Source: Perkinsela sp. CCAP 1560/9 (taxonomy: Eukaryota > Protista > Euglenozoa: Kinetoplastea). Taken from it: 64,000 bases of DNA. A program made the translations under genes and the position numbers. How positions within the stretch are numbered: the stretch's first letter is position 1; each line of letters starts with the position of its first letter. Below are positions 61,893 to 64,000 of the stretch, in pieces. The notes below the pieces were generated by a model. It worked only from the letters and a program-made list of their open reading frames with translations, did not search any database and had not been told where the DNA came from. The stretch spans positions 119,756 through 183,755 of the forward strand of contig CBFFSA010000021.1 of the NCBI GenBank assembly GCA_965644495.1, given 5' to 3'.

Positions 61893-62901
61893 TTAGTATT
61901 TAGTATTCCCCCCACGAGCCTTCAGCACTGCCTTCATACGGGCAGGCATACTGTCCACCTGGGCACGACATACTGAGGGTGGTATGTTCGCCCATTCCAT
62001 TTTTACCCTCTCCCACAACTCTCGGACCCCGCTTGGTGGATCATCGTGCGCTGCAAGGCGCCGCTTGAGTTCCCCCCCAAACGTTTTCGATTGGATTTAA
62101 GTCAGGGGACTGCGTGGGCCACCGCATGACTTCAAACCGGTACCCCGGAGGTGCCGTTGCGCACAATGGCTTGTGTGCTTGGGGTCATTATCTTGTTGGA
62201 AGATGACCATTGGGGGGTCTAGACCCATAGTTTCGATGGAGGGGGCAAGATTCTCTTCAAGAATCTCGACGTACTGTGTGGCGTTCAGGTTCCCTTGAAC
62301 TAGACGCACATGCCCCACACCGCTTCGGGACATGCACGCCCAAATCATGATGTGCCCCCCTCCGTACTTTACCGTGGGAATTACCCCTTTTTCACCCAGT
62401 TCCTCCCCCGGGGTCCCCCATGTCCAAAGACTTCCCCCCGTTTCAAAGCGCGAGATCTTCGTCTCGTCCGACCATACAACTGGAGCCCAGTCGTGCACTG
62501 TCCAGTGCTCATGGGCCGTGGCAAAGTCATCCGAAGCTTGCGATGGCGCTTGGACAGGTAGGGCTTGCGGACACGCTTTCTACCTTTGTGTCCGAAGCGG
62601 TGCATCGAAACTCGGATAGACTGAGGAACAACATCAGCAACGCCCTCGCGGCGCAGCTGAGATGATACCTCTCGCGCAGAATTTCCGGAGAACACAAGTC
62701 GTCGCACACGGCGTGTGCACGGCTCGGAAAGCTTTCGAGGGCGTCCACCCTGCATCCTGAGAGTATCAGGCCTTTCTTTTTTAATATCATAGAAATTGTT
62801 GAGATACTTAAATTTACAGTATCAGAGATGGACCTCATAGACACACCGCTGTCGTAGAGCTCTGCAATTTGTTTCTTTACGTAACGTGGTGTGGGCCTCA
62901 T
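61893..62901 (-). pseudogene. Tc1 DD34E transposase, left arm, with two 1-bp deletions (real or sequencing error)
   Basis: 1009 nt against 1011 nt for the intact copy; deletions near 62135 and 62528. Confidence 0.8.
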
Positions 62902-62997
62902 AGAAAATAAGAATTTTAGGTAAGAAGAATTTTAGGTTATAGAGTTTATCTTACACTATTACATTGTTTATCTTACACTGTTACATTTGCACTCTAT

Positions 62998-64000
62998 ATG
63001 AGGCCCACACCACGTTACGTAAAGAAACAAATTGCAGAGCTCTACGACAGCGGTGTGTCTATGAGGTCCATCTCTGATACTGTAAATTTAAGTATCTCAA
63101 CAATTTCTATGATATTAAAAAAAGAAAGGCCTGATACTCTCAGGATGCAGGGTGGACGCCCTCGAAAGCTTTCCGAGCCGTGCACACGCCGTGTGCGACG
63201 ACTTGTGTTCTCCGGAAATTCTGCGCGAGAGGTATCATCTCAGCTGCGCCGCAAGGGCGTTGCTGATGTTGTTCCTCAGTCTATCCGAGTTTCGATGCAC
63301 CGCTTCGGACACAAAGGTAGAAAGCGTGTCCGCAAGCCCTACCTGTCCAAGCGCCATCGCAAGCTTCGGATGGACTTTGCCACGGCCCATGAGCACTGGA
63401 CAGTGCACGACTGGGCTCCAGTTGTATGGTCGGACGAGACGAAGATCTCGCGCTTTGAAACGGGGGGAATTCTTTGGACATGGGGGACCCCGGGGGAGGA
63501 ACTGGGTGAAAAAGGGGTAATTCCCACGGTAAAGTACGGAGGGGGGCACATCATGATTTGGGCGTGCATGTCCCGAAGCGGTGTGGGGCATGTGCGTCTA
63601 GTTCAAGGGAACCTGAACGCCACACAGTACGTCGAGATTCTTGAAGAGAATCTTGCCCCCTCCATCGAAACTATGGGTCTAGACCCCCCAATGGTCATCT
63701 TCCAACAAGATAATGACCCCAAGCACACAAGCCATTGTGCGCAACGGCACCTCCGGGGTACCGGGTTTGAAGTCATGCGGTGGCCCCCGCAGTCCCCTGA
63801 CTTAAATCCAATCGAAAACGTTTGGGGGGAACTCAAGCGGCGCCTTGCAGCGCACGATGATCCACCAAGCGGGGTCCGAGAGTTGTGGGAGAGGGTAAAA
63901 ATGGAATGGGCGAACATACCACCCTCAGTATGTCGTGCCCAGGTGGACAGTATGCCTGCCCGTATGAAGGCAGTGCTGAAGGCTCGTGGGGGGAATACTA
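62998..64000 (+). CDS. Tc1 DD34E transposase, right arm, open to the window end (predicted 336 aa, stop at about 64008)
   Basis: MRPTPRY..HTH..GRPRKL..WSDETK..QQDNDPKH..SPDLNPIE; 34 residues between the second D and E. Absent from the ORF track because its stop lies outside the window. Confidence 0.9.
   Translation, partial: MRPTPRYVKKQIAELYDSGVSMRSISDTVNLSISTISMILKKERPDTLRMQGGRPRKLSEPCTRRVRRLVFSGNSAREVSSQLRRKGVADVVPQSIRVSMHRFGHKGRKRVRKPYLSKRHRKLRMDFATAHEHWTVHDWAPVVWSDETKISRFETGGILWTWGTPGEELGEKGVIPTVKYGGGHIMIWACMSRSGVGHVRLVQGNLNATQYVEILEENLAPSIETMGLDPPMVIFQQDNDPKHTSHCAQRHLRGTGFEVMRWPPQSPDLNPIENVWGELKRRLAAHDDPPSGVRELWERVKMEWANIPPSVCRAQVDSMPARMKAVLKARGGNT

Larger units (their letters stand above)
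61610..64000. mobile_element. Palindromic twin-transposase Tc1 element (runs off the window; predicted end about 64293)
   Basis: The inner part of 61610-62902 is the reverse complement of 62997-64000, and its outer part matches 54202-54494; begins TA|CAGTCAGC. Confidence 0.9.

Noticed and set aside
61610-64000. Palindrome as a pure fold-back sequencing artefact, or two independent adjacent Tc1 insertions
   Set aside because: Disfavoured but not excluded: the spacer is unique and asymmetric, no inner termini exist, and the two outer-type ends rebuild one TA-duplicated YADD target.

Overview
Eukaryotic, intronless, gene-dense DNA that looks like a kinetoplastid (most likely a reduced prokinetoplastid such as Perkinsela; this taxonomic call is inference). 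Positions 1-44.6 kb form one directional + strand cluster of about 21 genes, consistent with polycistronic transcription. Recognisable products: a YyaL/SPATA20-like protein, UAP1, condensin CAP-G, PGI with a PTS1 signal, enoyl-CoA hydratase, prefoldin 2, a PrimPol-like protein, DBP2 and DBP9 helicases, a TUTase, two LRR proteins, a SAP18-like protein, a dual-specificity phosphatase, DNAJC11, APC1 and COQ7. From 44.7 kb to the end is a nested mobile-element island holding two orphan ORFs, MITEs, a tRNA-headed SINE-like element, a DIRS/VIPER-type RT-RNase H remnant, an APE-RT-RNase H LINE, CRE-like endonuclease remnants and two Tc1-type families. The most striking object is a palindromic Tc1 (DD34E) element starting at 61610 and predicted to be about 2.7 kb long. 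It has two divergent copies of the transposase gene back to back across a unique 94-bp spacer, with the same terminus at both ends, and it is inserted at the TA inside the YADD codons of a LINE reverse transcriptase.
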